Below are positions 18,230 through 27,872 of a stretch of DNA of 29,045 nt, in pieces (within the stretch, counting starts at the first letter, position 1; every line of letters starts with the position of its first letter). The notes under the pieces are model-generated. The model searched no databases. It saw only the letters and a list, made by a program, of their open reading frames with translations, and was not told the DNA's origin. Position numbers and translations under genes: made by a program. The stretch comes from a virus (lineage: Duplodnaviria; Caudoviricetes), in the IMG/VR virus record IMGVR_UViG_3300032259_000510, positions 1-29,045 of that record; one strand, written 5' to 3'.

Positions 18230-19193
18230 AACTACTTGCCGGACAAGTAACTATAACGGAGCCTTAGCTTCAGCAAGACTTCGCTGTTACGACTTAATAA
18301 ATTACTTCAAAGGGGATAAAGACGTTCATGTAGAATTATATGATCACTCTAAGAAATACGATGTTGTAGTATTCCAGAAATTATTTAACGCTAAAGCGTT
18401 AGCATTAGCTCAGTATCTTAATGAAAAAGGGACAAAAACAGTATTTGATATAGGTACAAATTATATAGAATTAGACTCTGAATGTGTTAGCCCTGAACAG
18501 CAAGAAATGTGTCTACGTATGTTGGAGAAAATGAACCACGTATCTGTGTCAAGCCCCTTTTTGAAAGAAGCTTACAGTAAAGAGCATGACAATGTACACT
18601 TTATTAACGATGCTGTTGAAGATAGATTCTTAAAGTTTACAAAGCAGCATACAAAGGCTTGCACTAAAGAAAAACGAGACGACTACATTAATCTTACATA
18701 CTGTGGATATTCAGCTAAAGCCAAAGAGCTTAGCCTTATAAACGCCGCTTTATTAGACCTGTGGACTCTTTATCCTATAAAGATACTTTTTATATCAGAT
18801 AAAGACCCAGGCGATTTTCTTGGAATTCCTCGTGAATTTATTAAGTTCGATTACGCAAAACTTCCAGAACAACTCATGCAGGGTGATATTAAAATTTCTC
18901 CAAGAAATCTGGACAGGGTTTATAACATGGGGCATTCTGTTGTTAAGATTGCCTACCCAATGTCTATAGGACTTCCGGTTGTAGCTTCTCCAATTCCATC
19001 CTATATTCCTTATTTACAGGAAGAGAATGTTTGTCGTACTAATGATGAATGGTTTCTTGCTTTAGAACGTTTAATCTGGCAAGGAAAAGAGTTAAGAAAG
19101 AGTCAAGGCGCTCAGAATAAGGAGCTTGTTAAAGAAGAGCTTTGTTTAAGTGCTACAGGTTTGGAATGGAAATCGTTTTTTGAAGGTATATAA
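18210..19193 (+). CDS. Glycosyltransferase, GT-B fold (divergent)
   Basis: ASARLRC, DVVVFQK, VFDI, VSVSSPFL, DIKISP, HSVVKIAYPMSIGLPVVASP. Confidence 0.8.
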   Translation: MKTIGIETTCRTSNYNGALASARLRCYDLINYFKGDKDVHVELYDHSKKYDVVVFQKLFNAKALALAQYLNEKGTKTVFDIGTNYIELDSECVSPEQQEMCLRMLEKMNHVSVSSPFLKEAYSKEHDNVHFINDAVEDRFLKFTKQHTKACTKEKRDDYINLTYCGYSAKAKELSLINAALLDLWTLYPIKILFISDKDPGDFLGIPREFIKFDYAKLPEQLMQGDIKISPRNLDRVYNMGHSVVKIAYPMSIGLPVVASPIPSYIPYLQEENVCRTNDEWFLALERLIWQGKELRKSQGAQNKELVKEELCLSATGLEWKSFFEGI

Positions 19194-20095
19194 TGAAACT
19201 TTTTATCGATTATGAAACTACGAATGAGCCTTGGGGAGGTATCAATACCTTCTTCAAGAATTTCATTGAGCGTTCTGAGTCATTTCAGGACACAATAACT
19301 TTGGTAAGTGATTACCGACTTGCAGATGTAATCTTGTTTGGAGCAAATTCACGGGGTATTAAGAAGAAAATAAGCGTAGATGATATAATACGTTATGGAA
19401 ATAGTAACGCAGTAGTTGTCCATCGTTTAGACGGACTTAGAAGAGGGTTTGACTTCTTCGTTAAAGCTACAGAGCAATATATAGATGGCTATGTTTTCCA
19501 AAGTAAGAAAGGTTTGGAGGACTACAACTTTATAAAGAAACCGTCTGCCCTTATCCCTAACGGTGTTAACCAGGATAGGTATTGGGGCAAAACTACAACC
19601 TGGCTGCCAAAGAATAAACTTAAATGTTTGTTTGTAAGTTGGAGTGATTCTTTAGAAAAAGGATTTGAAGAATTCGCAGAAGTTGCTAAAGGGTGTAATA
19701 TGGAATGCACCTTTGTAGGACGCTGGCCGGATTCTGTACCCTCTAATTTTATACGTAAAGTAAATCCAATAGGGAATGATATGCTTCCTAAAATTTATAG
19801 AGAGCATGATGTTTTAATCTTTCCTTCAAGGTTAGAATCATGTTCAAATGTTGTTTTAGAAGCATTATCCTCTGGTTTACCTATTGTGTATTATAAAGGC
19901 AGTGGTGTAGAAGAGATTGTAGGAGAAGAATATGGAATTCCTGTAGAGAAATTTATCTGGCACGAATTTAAACTAAAATTGAAAGCAAAGTACTCTACTC
20001 TTACTCACACTATAGACAAGAACCGGAAACAGTTTTCTATAGATACTACTATTGAAAAGTATTTAAAGTTTTTTTACGAAGTCAAAATGAGGTAA
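19193..20095 (+). CDS. Glycosyltransferase, GT-B fold (GT4-like)
   Basis: PWGGINTF, HRLDG, VFQS, IPNGVN, EKGF, FPSRLESCSNVVLEALSSGLPIV (E-x7-E). Confidence 0.9.
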   Translation: MKLFIDYETTNEPWGGINTFFKNFIERSESFQDTITLVSDYRLADVILFGANSRGIKKKISVDDIIRYGNSNAVVVHRLDGLRRGFDFFVKATEQYIDGYVFQSKKGLEDYNFIKKPSALIPNGVNQDRYWGKTTTWLPKNKLKCLFVSWSDSLEKGFEEFAEVAKGCNMECTFVGRWPDSVPSNFIRKVNPIGNDMLPKIYREHDVLIFPSRLESCSNVVLEALSSGLPIVYYKGSGVEEIVGEEYGIPVEKFIWHEFKLKLKAKYSTLTHTIDKNRKQFSIDTTIEKYLKFFYEVKMR

Positions 20096-20101
20096 TTTTT
20101 T

Positions 20102-20980
20102 ATGAAACCAAAGATTAGTGTAGTAATGGCCTGTTTTAATTCTATGCCTGATTTGAGAGAATCAGTAGGGTCTATCCAACTCCAAACATTTAAGGATTTT
20201 GAATTTATCATTGTAGATGATTGTTCTACTGACGATAGTTACGCTTATTTACAAGGTTGTGCTGAAGCAGATAAACGGATTAAGTTGTATCGTAATGGTA
20301 AGAATGTCGGCCTTACTCGTTCTTTAAGTAGAGCAATGGAATATGTGAAAGCACCTCTTGTAGCTCGTATGGACGCAGACGACATCTCTGAGTCACATAG
20401 ATTATTGTACCAAAGTAAGTACATGTCTAAGCATAATTTGACTCTTACTGGAAGTGATGCCCAAATTATAAACGATGATGGTAAGCTTCTTCAAGTAAAG
20501 AGACGTTTGGAATTTTATAATGATATTCGATTTTATGCAATGTTAAATAATCCCTTTATGCATACCAGTGCAATGTTCAGAAAGGATTGCTATGATAAGC
20601 TTAACGGGTACAATAACCGAATAAAATATGCTCAAGACTATCATTTATGGGCAAGATGGGTTCAAGAATTTGAGGCTGGAAATATAAGCGAGACTCTTGT
20701 AAAATGGAGACAAAGTCGCAAAGGAATCTCAACCACACATACAGCACCTCAGAAGGTTTTCGCCGATAAGATATGTATAAGTTATATCCGATCCGTTTAC
20801 CCAGAACTAAAGAATATTCCTGATGTAGATATTGTAGCTATGCGAAATGGCAATTATAGTAGAAGTAATATCGTGAATGTAGATAAGATTTTTAATGCGG
20901 CGGTTAAAAGATTTGACTCCGAGTACACTCGTAACTGGGTAAAGGGTTATAAGACCAGGACACAGACTTTAAGAGGTTAA
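20102..20980 (+). CDS. Glycosyltransferase family 2
   Basis: ISVVMACFN, EFIIVDDCSTD, N.GLTRSL, ARMDADD, HTSAMFR, AQDYHLW. Confidence 0.93.
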   Translation: MKPKISVVMACFNSMPDLRESVGSIQLQTFKDFEFIIVDDCSTDDSYAYLQGCAEADKRIKLYRNGKNVGLTRSLSRAMEYVKAPLVARMDADDISESHRLLYQSKYMSKHNLTLTGSDAQIINDDGKLLQVKRRLEFYNDIRFYAMLNNPFMHTSAMFRKDCYDKLNGYNNRIKYAQDYHLWARWVQEFEAGNISETLVKWRQSRKGISTTHTAPQKVFADKICISYIRSVYPELKNIPDVDIVAMRNGNYSRSNIVNVDKIFNAAVKRFDSEYTRNWVKGYKTRTQTLRG

Positions 20981-20985
20981 TTTTT

Positions 20986-22926
20986 ATGTTCAGTTTAGTA
21001 ATATGCACTATGGGGTGTATACATTTTTTGAAACAGACTTTTGGTGTAGCTCTTCCAAATAAAGACATTGGGCAAATAATTGTAGTGGACAACACCATTG
21101 GGGAGGAGACATTATCTTATCTCAGTGGTTTAAAGAGTGATAAACTCGTTGTTATACGGAACAAAGTCAATCAAGGTGTGATTAAGTCAAGGAACCAAGG
21201 TATAGCCTTGGCGAATTGTGAATATACCATGATTCTTGATGACGATCAAGTTCCCCAAAGAGATGATCACACATTCAATCAGTACAAATCTTTAGTTGGT
21301 AAATATGATATCCTGGGATGCGAAGCTCAGATTATGGACCTACGCACAGGGTTAACACGGTTCGGTAATGCAAAAGAGTTTACATATGTCGGTGCAGGCG
21401 GTATGTGCATGAAAACATCTTTATGGAATGAACTTGGCCGCTTTGATGAAATCTTTCAGCCTGCGTACTTTGAAGACCCAGATTTATGTCTCAAAGCTAA
21501 GAAAGCAGGATACACAATTGGCCTTGTCTCAGATCATGGAATACATCATTATGCTCACAGAACCTTATTCAGAAAAGACTTAGGTTTTAATCATGATGAT
21601 GTTATGCTGCGGAATCGAAAGATATTTATGGCGAGATATGGTGTTAAGCCTAAACTTAAGAAAGTTTCCAAACCTGTTATCACAAGGCAAGATAATAAGA
21701 TAAAAGTGATGCATATTCTAAGTAATATCAATATAGGTGGTGTGCAGCAAAACGCTGCTTATCTTGCTAAAGGATTACCTGGTAATACTTTTGAAATGGC
21801 GATGTATATTGCAGAGTCTGGTAAACGAGGAGTTTTTGAGAAACATATAGGTGATAATGTCAGACTTTTTTATAACAAGAAAGCTGTGTCAAATAAAAGT
21901 ACGAAGGTGTATAAAAATACATCTCATGGTCCTCAGTCTATAATAGCTAAAAATGGTAAAGTAATAGTTGTTAAGCCTGGTGGGACATTGCCAGATTTAG
22001 GATACAATTTGAATCAGATTCGAGGTTTCCGTTTAGACAGTGAGATTCCAGCAGAGGTAAATGTCTCAATAGTTGACGCTGTTGTTAATTATAAGCCAGA
22101 CATTATACACTATCACCGTGACGTTAGCAGGATTTCACGAGATGTTACCGGATTACGTGCCATGCCTCAATTTAAGAATCTTAAAGTTGTCCGCACTGTT
22201 CATGGGTCCCGTCTTCCTGATTTGAAGAACTATGATAAAGCTTTTTTGTTAACCAGTGAAATTATGCGTGGAGCAGCTAAAAGATACCCACAGGTTCCAG
22301 CGGTGCTTATTCCTAATGGTATTGATACAAGTATCTTTAGACCGACTAAATGCCCAAAGGAAAATATTGTAGTTACTCATACTAGACTATCAAAAATACT
22401 AAAGTTGACCGCTCGGCCAGAACTTTATTTTGACATTGTCAAAAGAGTATGTGAGGCTGATAAAGATGTCAAATTTGTTTTGGTTGGTCCTGATTATGAT
22501 ATCTACAAAGCGAGATTCGACGGTTTTATAAGACGTTTTCAGTTACAAGATAAGCTGATTATAAAACCTCCAATGTACCATAGTAAACTAGTTTCATACC
22601 TAAATAAAGCTAAGGTTTGGTTCTATCCTACAAGTGAAGACGCTTTTCCTTTATCAGTAATAGAAGCTATGGCGTGTAAACTACCTATTGTAGCGTCTAA
22701 TCTGGTTGGTATTACTGAGATGATAAAATCAGGGGAGAGCGGGTTACTTAGTAGCCCCGCTGATGCAAGCACATTCGTGCAGAATATACTCAAGTGTTTA
22801 TCAGATAGAACCTTAGCAGAAGCTATGGGGGCGTTTGCTTATGAGAAAGCACTTAAAGACTATTCATTAGAGTCTATGCTAGACAAATACAGTGAGACGT
22901 ATTTAAAGTTGATGGGAGTTAAATAA
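20986..22926 (+). CDS. Bifunctional glycosyltransferase (GT2 N-terminal domain fused to GT4 C-terminal domain) with an inserted small module
   Basis: GT2: IIVVDN, SRNQG, ILDDD, FDEIFQPAYFEDPDLCLKAKKAG. GT4: IGGVQQ, IPNGID, EDAFPLSVIEAMACKLPIVAS. Confidence 0.92.
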   Translation: MFSLVICTMGCIHFLKQTFGVALPNKDIGQIIVVDNTIGEETLSYLSGLKSDKLVVIRNKVNQGVIKSRNQGIALANCEYTMILDDDQVPQRDDHTFNQYKSLVGKYDILGCEAQIMDLRTGLTRFGNAKEFTYVGAGGMCMKTSLWNELGRFDEIFQPAYFEDPDLCLKAKKAGYTIGLVSDHGIHHYAHRTLFRKDLGFNHDDVMLRNRKIFMARYGVKPKLKKVSKPVITRQDNKIKVMHILSNINIGGVQQNAAYLAKGLPGNTFEMAMYIAESGKRGVFEKHIGDNVRLFYNKKAVSNKSTKVYKNTSHGPQSIIAKNGKVIVVKPGGTLPDLGYNLNQIRGFRLDSEIPAEVNVSIVDAVVNYKPDIIHYHRDVSRISRDVTGLRAMPQFKNLKVVRTVHGSRLPDLKNYDKAFLLTSEIMRGAAKRYPQVPAVLIPNGIDTSIFRPTKCPKENIVVTHTRLSKILKLTARPELYFDIVKRVCEADKDVKFVLVGPDYDIYKARFDGFIRRFQLQDKLIIKPPMYHSKLVSYLNKAKVWFYPTSEDAFPLSVIEAMACKLPIVASNLVGITEMIKSGESGLLSSPADASTFVQNILKCLSDRTLAEAMGAFAYEKALKDYSLESMLDKYSETYLKLMGVK

Positions 22927-23480
22927 TGGCTGTACTAGATTCAGAAATAAAATTTTATTTAACTGGGGCAGGAAGTGACGGAGGGGTGCAGACTGATCCT
23001 AATGCTTCATTTGGGGATTATAGAAGTGCTACAGAAATTGTGGATGCTACAGAAGAAAATCTGTTAGATAATGTTAGCAATGCAGAGAGAGTAGCAGGTA
23101 GTATAGAATACCGTTGTTTTTGTATAAAAAACACGAATGTCATAGACTCCATAGTAGATGCTAAAATATGGATCGAAACGGATACTGGGACTGCGGAGGA
23201 TGACGTATCTTTCGCAGTAGAAGTACCTACAGGAGGTGACACTGATGGTAACGCCCAGACAATAGCTAGTGAGACTACGGCACCCACTGTAGGTTCAGGC
23301 AACGTTAGTGCATGGTCTGACGCAATAAGCAAAGGTGCAGGAGTTGGTGTTGACCAAGGAGCACATGATGCAGACCTTGGTCCAGGAGAGATAGTGTTTG
23401 TTTGGGTAAGACGTGTTATAGCTGCTGGTGCATCCCCAGCTACACATACTATAATCTTAAGAATAGAAGGTGATGCCTAA
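22926..23480 (+). CDS. Putative virion structural protein (acidic, beta-rich)
   Basis: DPNASFG, NLLDNVS..E..AG..EYRCFCIKN, LGPGE...VWVRRVI: a pattern typical of phage structural-region hypotheticals. TAATG-coupled to the next gene. Confidence 0.6.
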   Translation: MAVLDSEIKFYLTGAGSDGGVQTDPNASFGDYRSATEIVDATEENLLDNVSNAERVAGSIEYRCFCIKNTNVIDSIVDAKIWIETDTGTAEDDVSFAVEVPTGGDTDGNAQTIASETTAPTVGSGNVSAWSDAISKGAGVGVDQGAHDADLGPGEIVFVWVRRVIAAGASPATHTIILRIEGDA

Positions 23481-25090
23481 TGGCCGGTAGTAATTTAGAC
23501 ATAAGGTGGGGGTTACTTCAAGCAGGAACCCCCCACATAGAATTCCGGTATCCTGCGGACACTCCCTCAGATATTATTCGAATATATCATGGAATTCAGC
23601 ATAACGTACCTAATAGACGTATGACGAAGACTACGCTTAGGACTAAGAGTGCCGGTAATGAATATAATTTTAGAAATGTTGGGCACAGTACAGAGCTTAT
23701 GCGTGTAGATGTTGTTTTGGCGACTAAGGCTGAAGCACGTAGTTTTACAGATTTCTTTAAGTATATAGTTAAAGGGTCTTCTGGGGTCTTTTACTATAAA
23801 AACAATTTTAACGGGCAAGAAGCTTATGTTCGTATTGTTGGAAATCAGTTAGGTATGGGGGAAGCGGAGGGCGCACCATACTCATATTCTTTACTATTGA
23901 AAAAAGAAGCTCCTTATGTAACAAGACGAACAATTTTGCAATGGCAAGTAATACAAACAATATCTGTACTTACAATCATATCGGGAGCATCAGGCACTTA
24001 TTCAATTTTATTATATCCTTCTGATAGTAAAACATTATGGGGTACAGGTGATAATAACCCAGGACAGCTAGGTTTAGGTGATTATTTAGACAGAGAGCGA
24101 TTTGAGCAAGCTGGGGTTGACACAGATTGGGCAGACGGAGGAGGTGGCTCAGAGCAAGTTCTCTTGTTAAAAGAGAATAATGATTTGTATACATGCGGGG
24201 GGAATACATACGGTCAATTAGGATTAGGGGATACTTTTAAAAGAAATACATTTTCTAAAGTAGGCTCTGATACTTGGGTCAAAGTAGCAGGAGGAAATAA
24301 TACATCTTATGGTATAAAGTCTGACGGTACACTATGGGGTTGGGGTCAGAATAATATGGGGCAGTTAGGTCAAGGATCATATGACTTTGGTGCTCATAGC
24401 AGCCCTTTACAAATAGGCTCTGACACAGATTGGATAGCTGTAGCCGGAGGAACCAATTTTGTTATAGCTCAGAAGTCAGATGGCACACTGTGGGGATGCG
24501 GATGGGATGCTTTTGGTCAATTAGGTCAAGGAGCCACACAAACAAGACGGACAAGTTTAGTTCAGATTGGAACAGATGTAGATTGGACCACTTTTAGTTG
24601 TGGGTACGCACATGTTTTAGCTCTAAAGGATAATGACGACTTGTATGCATGGGGAGGTAATAATGCCGGAGAATTAGGAGATGGAACTACAACTGATGTC
24701 TATACCCCTAAAAAGATAGGAACTGATTCATGGAAAGTCATTTCAGCAAGTGGTGGAGGACCTGGATATTCCGTTGCTATAAAAGCAGACGGAACTTTAT
24801 ACTCTTGGGGATACAACGCCAATTATGAACTAGGTATTGGAAGTTCGGATTCAAACCCACATAGCAGTCCTATACAGATAAATTCTGACACAGATTGGAT
24901 CAGTGTCTCATCTGGTTGGGCGCATAGTATAGCAATTAAAGGGTCTGAAATTTGGGGATGGGGGTGGAATGGTAGAGGTGAAGTAGGAACAGGATTTGAC
25001 CCTGTAACTGTTCCAACCCAAACATTTTTACCTTCTAACGCTACTAGTCTCGTGTGGAAAATAGAATTTGGCATACCTCCACCACCATAA
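23480..25090 (+). CDS. RCC1-repeat beta-propeller protein with an N-terminal tail-protein-like domain
   Basis: About seven repeats of [IL]KxDGTLWGWGxNxxGQLGxG...P.QIG.DTDW..V.GG from ~23990 to ~25030; N-terminal ~160 aa are unrelated. Confidence 0.9.
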   Translation: MAGSNLDIRWGLLQAGTPHIEFRYPADTPSDIIRIYHGIQHNVPNRRMTKTTLRTKSAGNEYNFRNVGHSTELMRVDVVLATKAEARSFTDFFKYIVKGSSGVFYYKNNFNGQEAYVRIVGNQLGMGEAEGAPYSYSLLLKKEAPYVTRRTILQWQVIQTISVLTIISGASGTYSILLYPSDSKTLWGTGDNNPGQLGLGDYLDRERFEQAGVDTDWADGGGGSEQVLLLKENNDLYTCGGNTYGQLGLGDTFKRNTFSKVGSDTWVKVAGGNNTSYGIKSDGTLWGWGQNNMGQLGQGSYDFGAHSSPLQIGSDTDWIAVAGGTNFVIAQKSDGTLWGCGWDAFGQLGQGATQTRRTSLVQIGTDVDWTTFSCGYAHVLALKDNDDLYAWGGNNAGELGDGTTTDVYTPKKIGTDSWKVISASGGGPGYSVAIKADGTLYSWGYNANYELGIGSSDSNPHSSPIQINSDTDWISVSSGWAHSIAIKGSEIWGWGWNGRGEVGTGFDPVTVPTQTFLPSNATSLVWKIEFGIPPPP

Positions 25091-25115
25091 TTTTGAAACT
25101 TTTTTAATAAAAATT

Positions 25116-25177
25116 AACTTTTTTTCACTTTGATGTAAAAAATTTTGGAACTTTTTGGCATTATTATATATGAAGGG
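25116..25177 (+). promoter_or_regulatory. Candidate phage late promoter, copy 2 (upstream of protease and capsid genes)
   Basis: TGTAAAAAATT-N5-ACTTTTTGGCATTATTAT (25134-25167), with the same upstream AACTTTTTT..ACTTT and downstream GAAGGG as copy 1. Confidence 0.7.
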
Positions 25178-25200
25178 CTAATACTTCCAATAGTATTAAT

Positions 25201-26478
25201 ATGGAAAATTATCGCATGAATAAAATGTTAGAAGAAGTTAAATTTAGTTTATTACTAGAACATAGCGTAGAGTTCGTAGTAGAATCATACGAGGAGGTCA
25301 GCTTATGTGAAGGCGAAGGTGGGGACAATGAAGATCAAACCTTTCTTAAATTAACAGGAACCTTTCAGAAAGGTAACACCCCCAACGGAAATAAACGTAT
25401 TTATAAGACGGAATTGTTAGCAAGAGAAACTAACAGATTCCAAACCAAGATTTCTTCTGGTCTCGCTCTTGGTAAAATATACCATCCTGGATACTTTGAC
25501 CACGGTGGACCATCCGGTGTAACTGATGTATCACATCGAATCACTAAGTTGTGGATGGACGGCGACATAGCGAAAGGTGAACTACTTGTATTTAAAACTG
25601 CGAGTGGTAAAGACGTTGAGGCTATAATTGAAGGCGGAGGAAAAATTGGTATAAGCTCTCGTGGATTTGGGAGCATGAAACGTTTTGATAGCGTTACCGT
25701 AGATGGAAAAACGTTTAAAGATGTATGGGTAGTCGATGAAAATTATCGGCTTGAAACGTTTGATCTCGTGTTGACACCATCAGTTAAGAGTGCAATTATG
25801 ACTCCGGTTAAGGAGAACATAAACTCATTAAATAAGCCGAACGAAGCTAAGAAAAATACTGATACGTGTAACGAAAATTTGGAAGAAAAAGATAAGGGAG
25901 GTATAAAGTCCATGACACTTGAGGAATTAAAAACGAAGTACCCTGCCATCTACAACGAGGCATATGAAGCCGGTGTTACAGATGGAAGAAGGCTTGGTGT
26001 GACTGAAGCTAAAACTGAGCTTAACACTGAGCATGATAAGGCAGTCGATGTAAAAAATGAAGAGATTGCGACATTGAAGGTAAGCGAAACAGCTCTTACC
26101 AAGAAAAATGTAGAGTTGATGGCAGAGAATAAAGAGTTGACTGATACGAATAAGACTCTTGAAGCCGCCAAGACTGAAAACGAAGTTAAAACCGCTGTTA
26201 TCGAAGCAGTGAGTGCTTCCGAGTTCAAGGAGAATTTCGGTGAGAGTGAGATTGCCGATGTATGCCGAGTTGTTTCCACGGTAGAGGAAGCTAAGAAAGA
26301 AGTTGAATCCCGCATTAAGTTTATCGAGAGTGTTATCGAAAAACATGCCGGTGCGAAGAAGACCGACTCTGGTAGTAAGAAAACAGATACCAGTGAAGCA
26401 GGGTCTACCAATGAAGGTGATGAAGAAGCCAACGAAGCAGCATACAAGAAACAGCAAAGAGAAGCTGCTGGCTTGTAA
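25201..26478 (+). CDS. Prohead core protease (T4 gp21-like) fused to an acidic coiled-coil scaffold region
   Basis: GTFQKGNTPNGNKRIY, ALGKIYHP, VSHRITKL, GISSRGFGS, FDLVLTPS; C-terminal half is Glu/Lys-rich and helical. Confidence 0.92.
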   Translation: MENYRMNKMLEEVKFSLLLEHSVEFVVESYEEVSLCEGEGGDNEDQTFLKLTGTFQKGNTPNGNKRIYKTELLARETNRFQTKISSGLALGKIYHPGYFDHGGPSGVTDVSHRITKLWMDGDIAKGELLVFKTASGKDVEAIIEGGGKIGISSRGFGSMKRFDSVTVDGKTFKDVWVVDENYRLETFDLVLTPSVKSAIMTPVKENINSLNKPNEAKKNTDTCNENLEEKDKGGIKSMTLEELKTKYPAIYNEAYEAGVTDGRRLGVTEAKTELNTEHDKAVDVKNEEIATLKVSETALTKKNVELMAENKELTDTNKTLEAAKTENEVKTAVIEAVSASEFKENFGESEIADVCRVVSTVEEAKKEVESRIKFIESVIEKHAGAKKTDSGSKKTDTSEAGSTNEGDEEANEAAYKKQQREAAGL

Positions 26479-26559
26479 GAAGTAAACCGGCATCGATTAA
26501 TCTAGTCAATTAATCCGTTGTTAAGAATTTGATAAAAAATGTTGAGGAGGTCAAAAAAC

Positions 26560-27738
26560 ATGGACATGCTTGCTTTAGAAAATAGATTGGGTCTTCATAA
26601 CCCACTTAGAGCGGCACGATGGGAGCATATGACTATGAGTGAGCAGGGCAGTCTTTGCCCTGATATTCGCAATGAGTTTGAGAAGTACACCGTAGAAACA
26701 ATGTTGGATAATACCATCACTGGTGCTATGGAAAGCTTCGGTATGCCTTTCGGAAACGCTGCCTCTATCCTGAAACAGGTTCAGGAGAGTACCACAAACG
26801 CATCCCCAGGAGTTGCAACCTTCTTGAAGTTTGCATTCCCGCTTGTGCGTAAGATTTGGGCAAAAAGCATCGGTAAGAATCTGGTATCTGTACAACCAAT
26901 GAGCCTACCTACGGCAATGGTTTTCGCAATTGACCATTTACGTAATAGCCCACAGGCAGGGACCAGTCTTCAAGATAGGTCTGTTACAAGCGCAAAGGAT
27001 TATGCTCTTGACCCAGGTGAGATGCAAACTCCTGTAAGAGAAATTAACTTAACCGTTACTTCTCAGAGCGTAACTGCTTCTGCTAAGAAGCTGAAAAGTG
27101 TATATGGTATCGAGGTTTCACAAGACCTTCGTGCATATCACGGTATCAGCCTTGCTGGTGAGTTACTGAATATGATGGCAAGAGAGATTTCACTGGAAAT
27201 TGATGCCCAGATCGTTTACGATTTGGTTACTCAAGCCAGTGCTGGAACAGCGAATTGGAATGCTACTCCTTCTTCTTCACTTTCCACTGAAATCGAGGCT
27301 CATAATAAAACGATTCGGAAAGCGTTTAACTCTGCATCAAACTTCATTTTCCAGAAGATTTACCGAAACGCCAATTTCATAATTGGTGGAGTAAGTGAAA
27401 TCCAAAGGTTAGAAGACCTTGGTGAGCAAACGTTCGTACCTTCAAAAGACGCAGAAGGCGTAAGTGCTTTTGGTAGGGTATTTGCCGGAAAGTTATACGG
27501 AAAATATGACGTTTACAAAGACCCATTCTTTCCTGTAACCAATCAATATCTGGTTGGATACAAAGGTCAGAGTTGGTTAGAGAGCGGCTATGTGTATGCG
27601 CCTTACGTGCCATACATGTTGTTACCGGAATTCACGAATCCTGACAACTTTAGCGTGACGAAAGCCGCTATGAGTCGCCAGGCATTCTACATGAAGAATT
27701 CTGACAACTATGCTCTTGTGAACATCACTGGTTCTTAA
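26560..27738 (+). CDS. Major capsid protein (T4 gp23-like)
   Basis: FPLVRK, LVSVQPMSLPTAMVF, AKKLKS...E..QDLRAYHGI...EL......EI..EID, VYKDPF, VGYKG...ESGYVYAPYVP. ATG 26560 follows GAGGAGG (track start is 26539). Confidence 0.96.
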   Translation: MDMLALENRLGLHNPLRAARWEHMTMSEQGSLCPDIRNEFEKYTVETMLDNTITGAMESFGMPFGNAASILKQVQESTTNASPGVATFLKFAFPLVRKIWAKSIGKNLVSVQPMSLPTAMVFAIDHLRNSPQAGTSLQDRSVTSAKDYALDPGEMQTPVREINLTVTSQSVTASAKKLKSVYGIEVSQDLRAYHGISLAGELLNMMAREISLEIDAQIVYDLVTQASAGTANWNATPSSSLSTEIEAHNKTIRKAFNSASNFIFQKIYRNANFIIGGVSEIQRLEDLGEQTFVPSKDAEGVSAFGRVFAGKLYGKYDVYKDPFFPVTNQYLVGYKGQSWLESGYVYAPYVPYMLLPEFTNPDNFSVTKAAMSRQAFYMKNSDNYALVNITGS

Positions 27739-27802
27739 GAACTAAACCAGAGCAAACCCATCTAGCCTCTGTTACTAACATGCTCAAATGAATGGGTCTT
27801 TC

Positions 27803-27840
27803 AAAGGGAGTAGGGTAATTGAATCCCTGCTCCCTTTTTT
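27803..27840 (+). terminator. Rho-independent terminator after the major capsid gene
   Basis: AAAGGGAGTAGGG / CCCTGCTCCCTTT stem followed by a T run. Confidence 0.88.
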
Positions 27841-27872
27841 ATTATAGGTGTAAGCCTAGAAAGTTTTTGCAC

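Noticed and set aside
15433-22926. Glycosyltransferase block as captured host LPS/capsule locus or chimeric assembly
   Set aside because: It is tightly joined to phage structural genes on both sides, lacks wzx/wzy/transport and sugar-synthesis genes, and shows no mobile-element ends; read mapping would be the final check.
24390-24900. Nucleotide repeats in the RCC1 gene as DGR template/variable repeats
   Set aside because: Explained by propeller blade duplication; differences are not adenine-specific and no reverse transcriptase is in the window.
25401-27613. Minus-strand and nested ORFs over the protease and capsid genes, and similar short ORFs elsewhere
   Set aside because: Antisense or off-frame shadows of strongly supported genes, with no recognisable motifs.
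27750-27798. Possible pseudoknot after the capsid gene (GAGCA/UGCUC with ACCCAU/AUGGGU) as an HDV-like or theta ribozyme
   Set aside because: P1 is only 5 bp, the P1.1 GG and P4 are absent, and U occupies the catalytic C position; at most a 3' stability structure.
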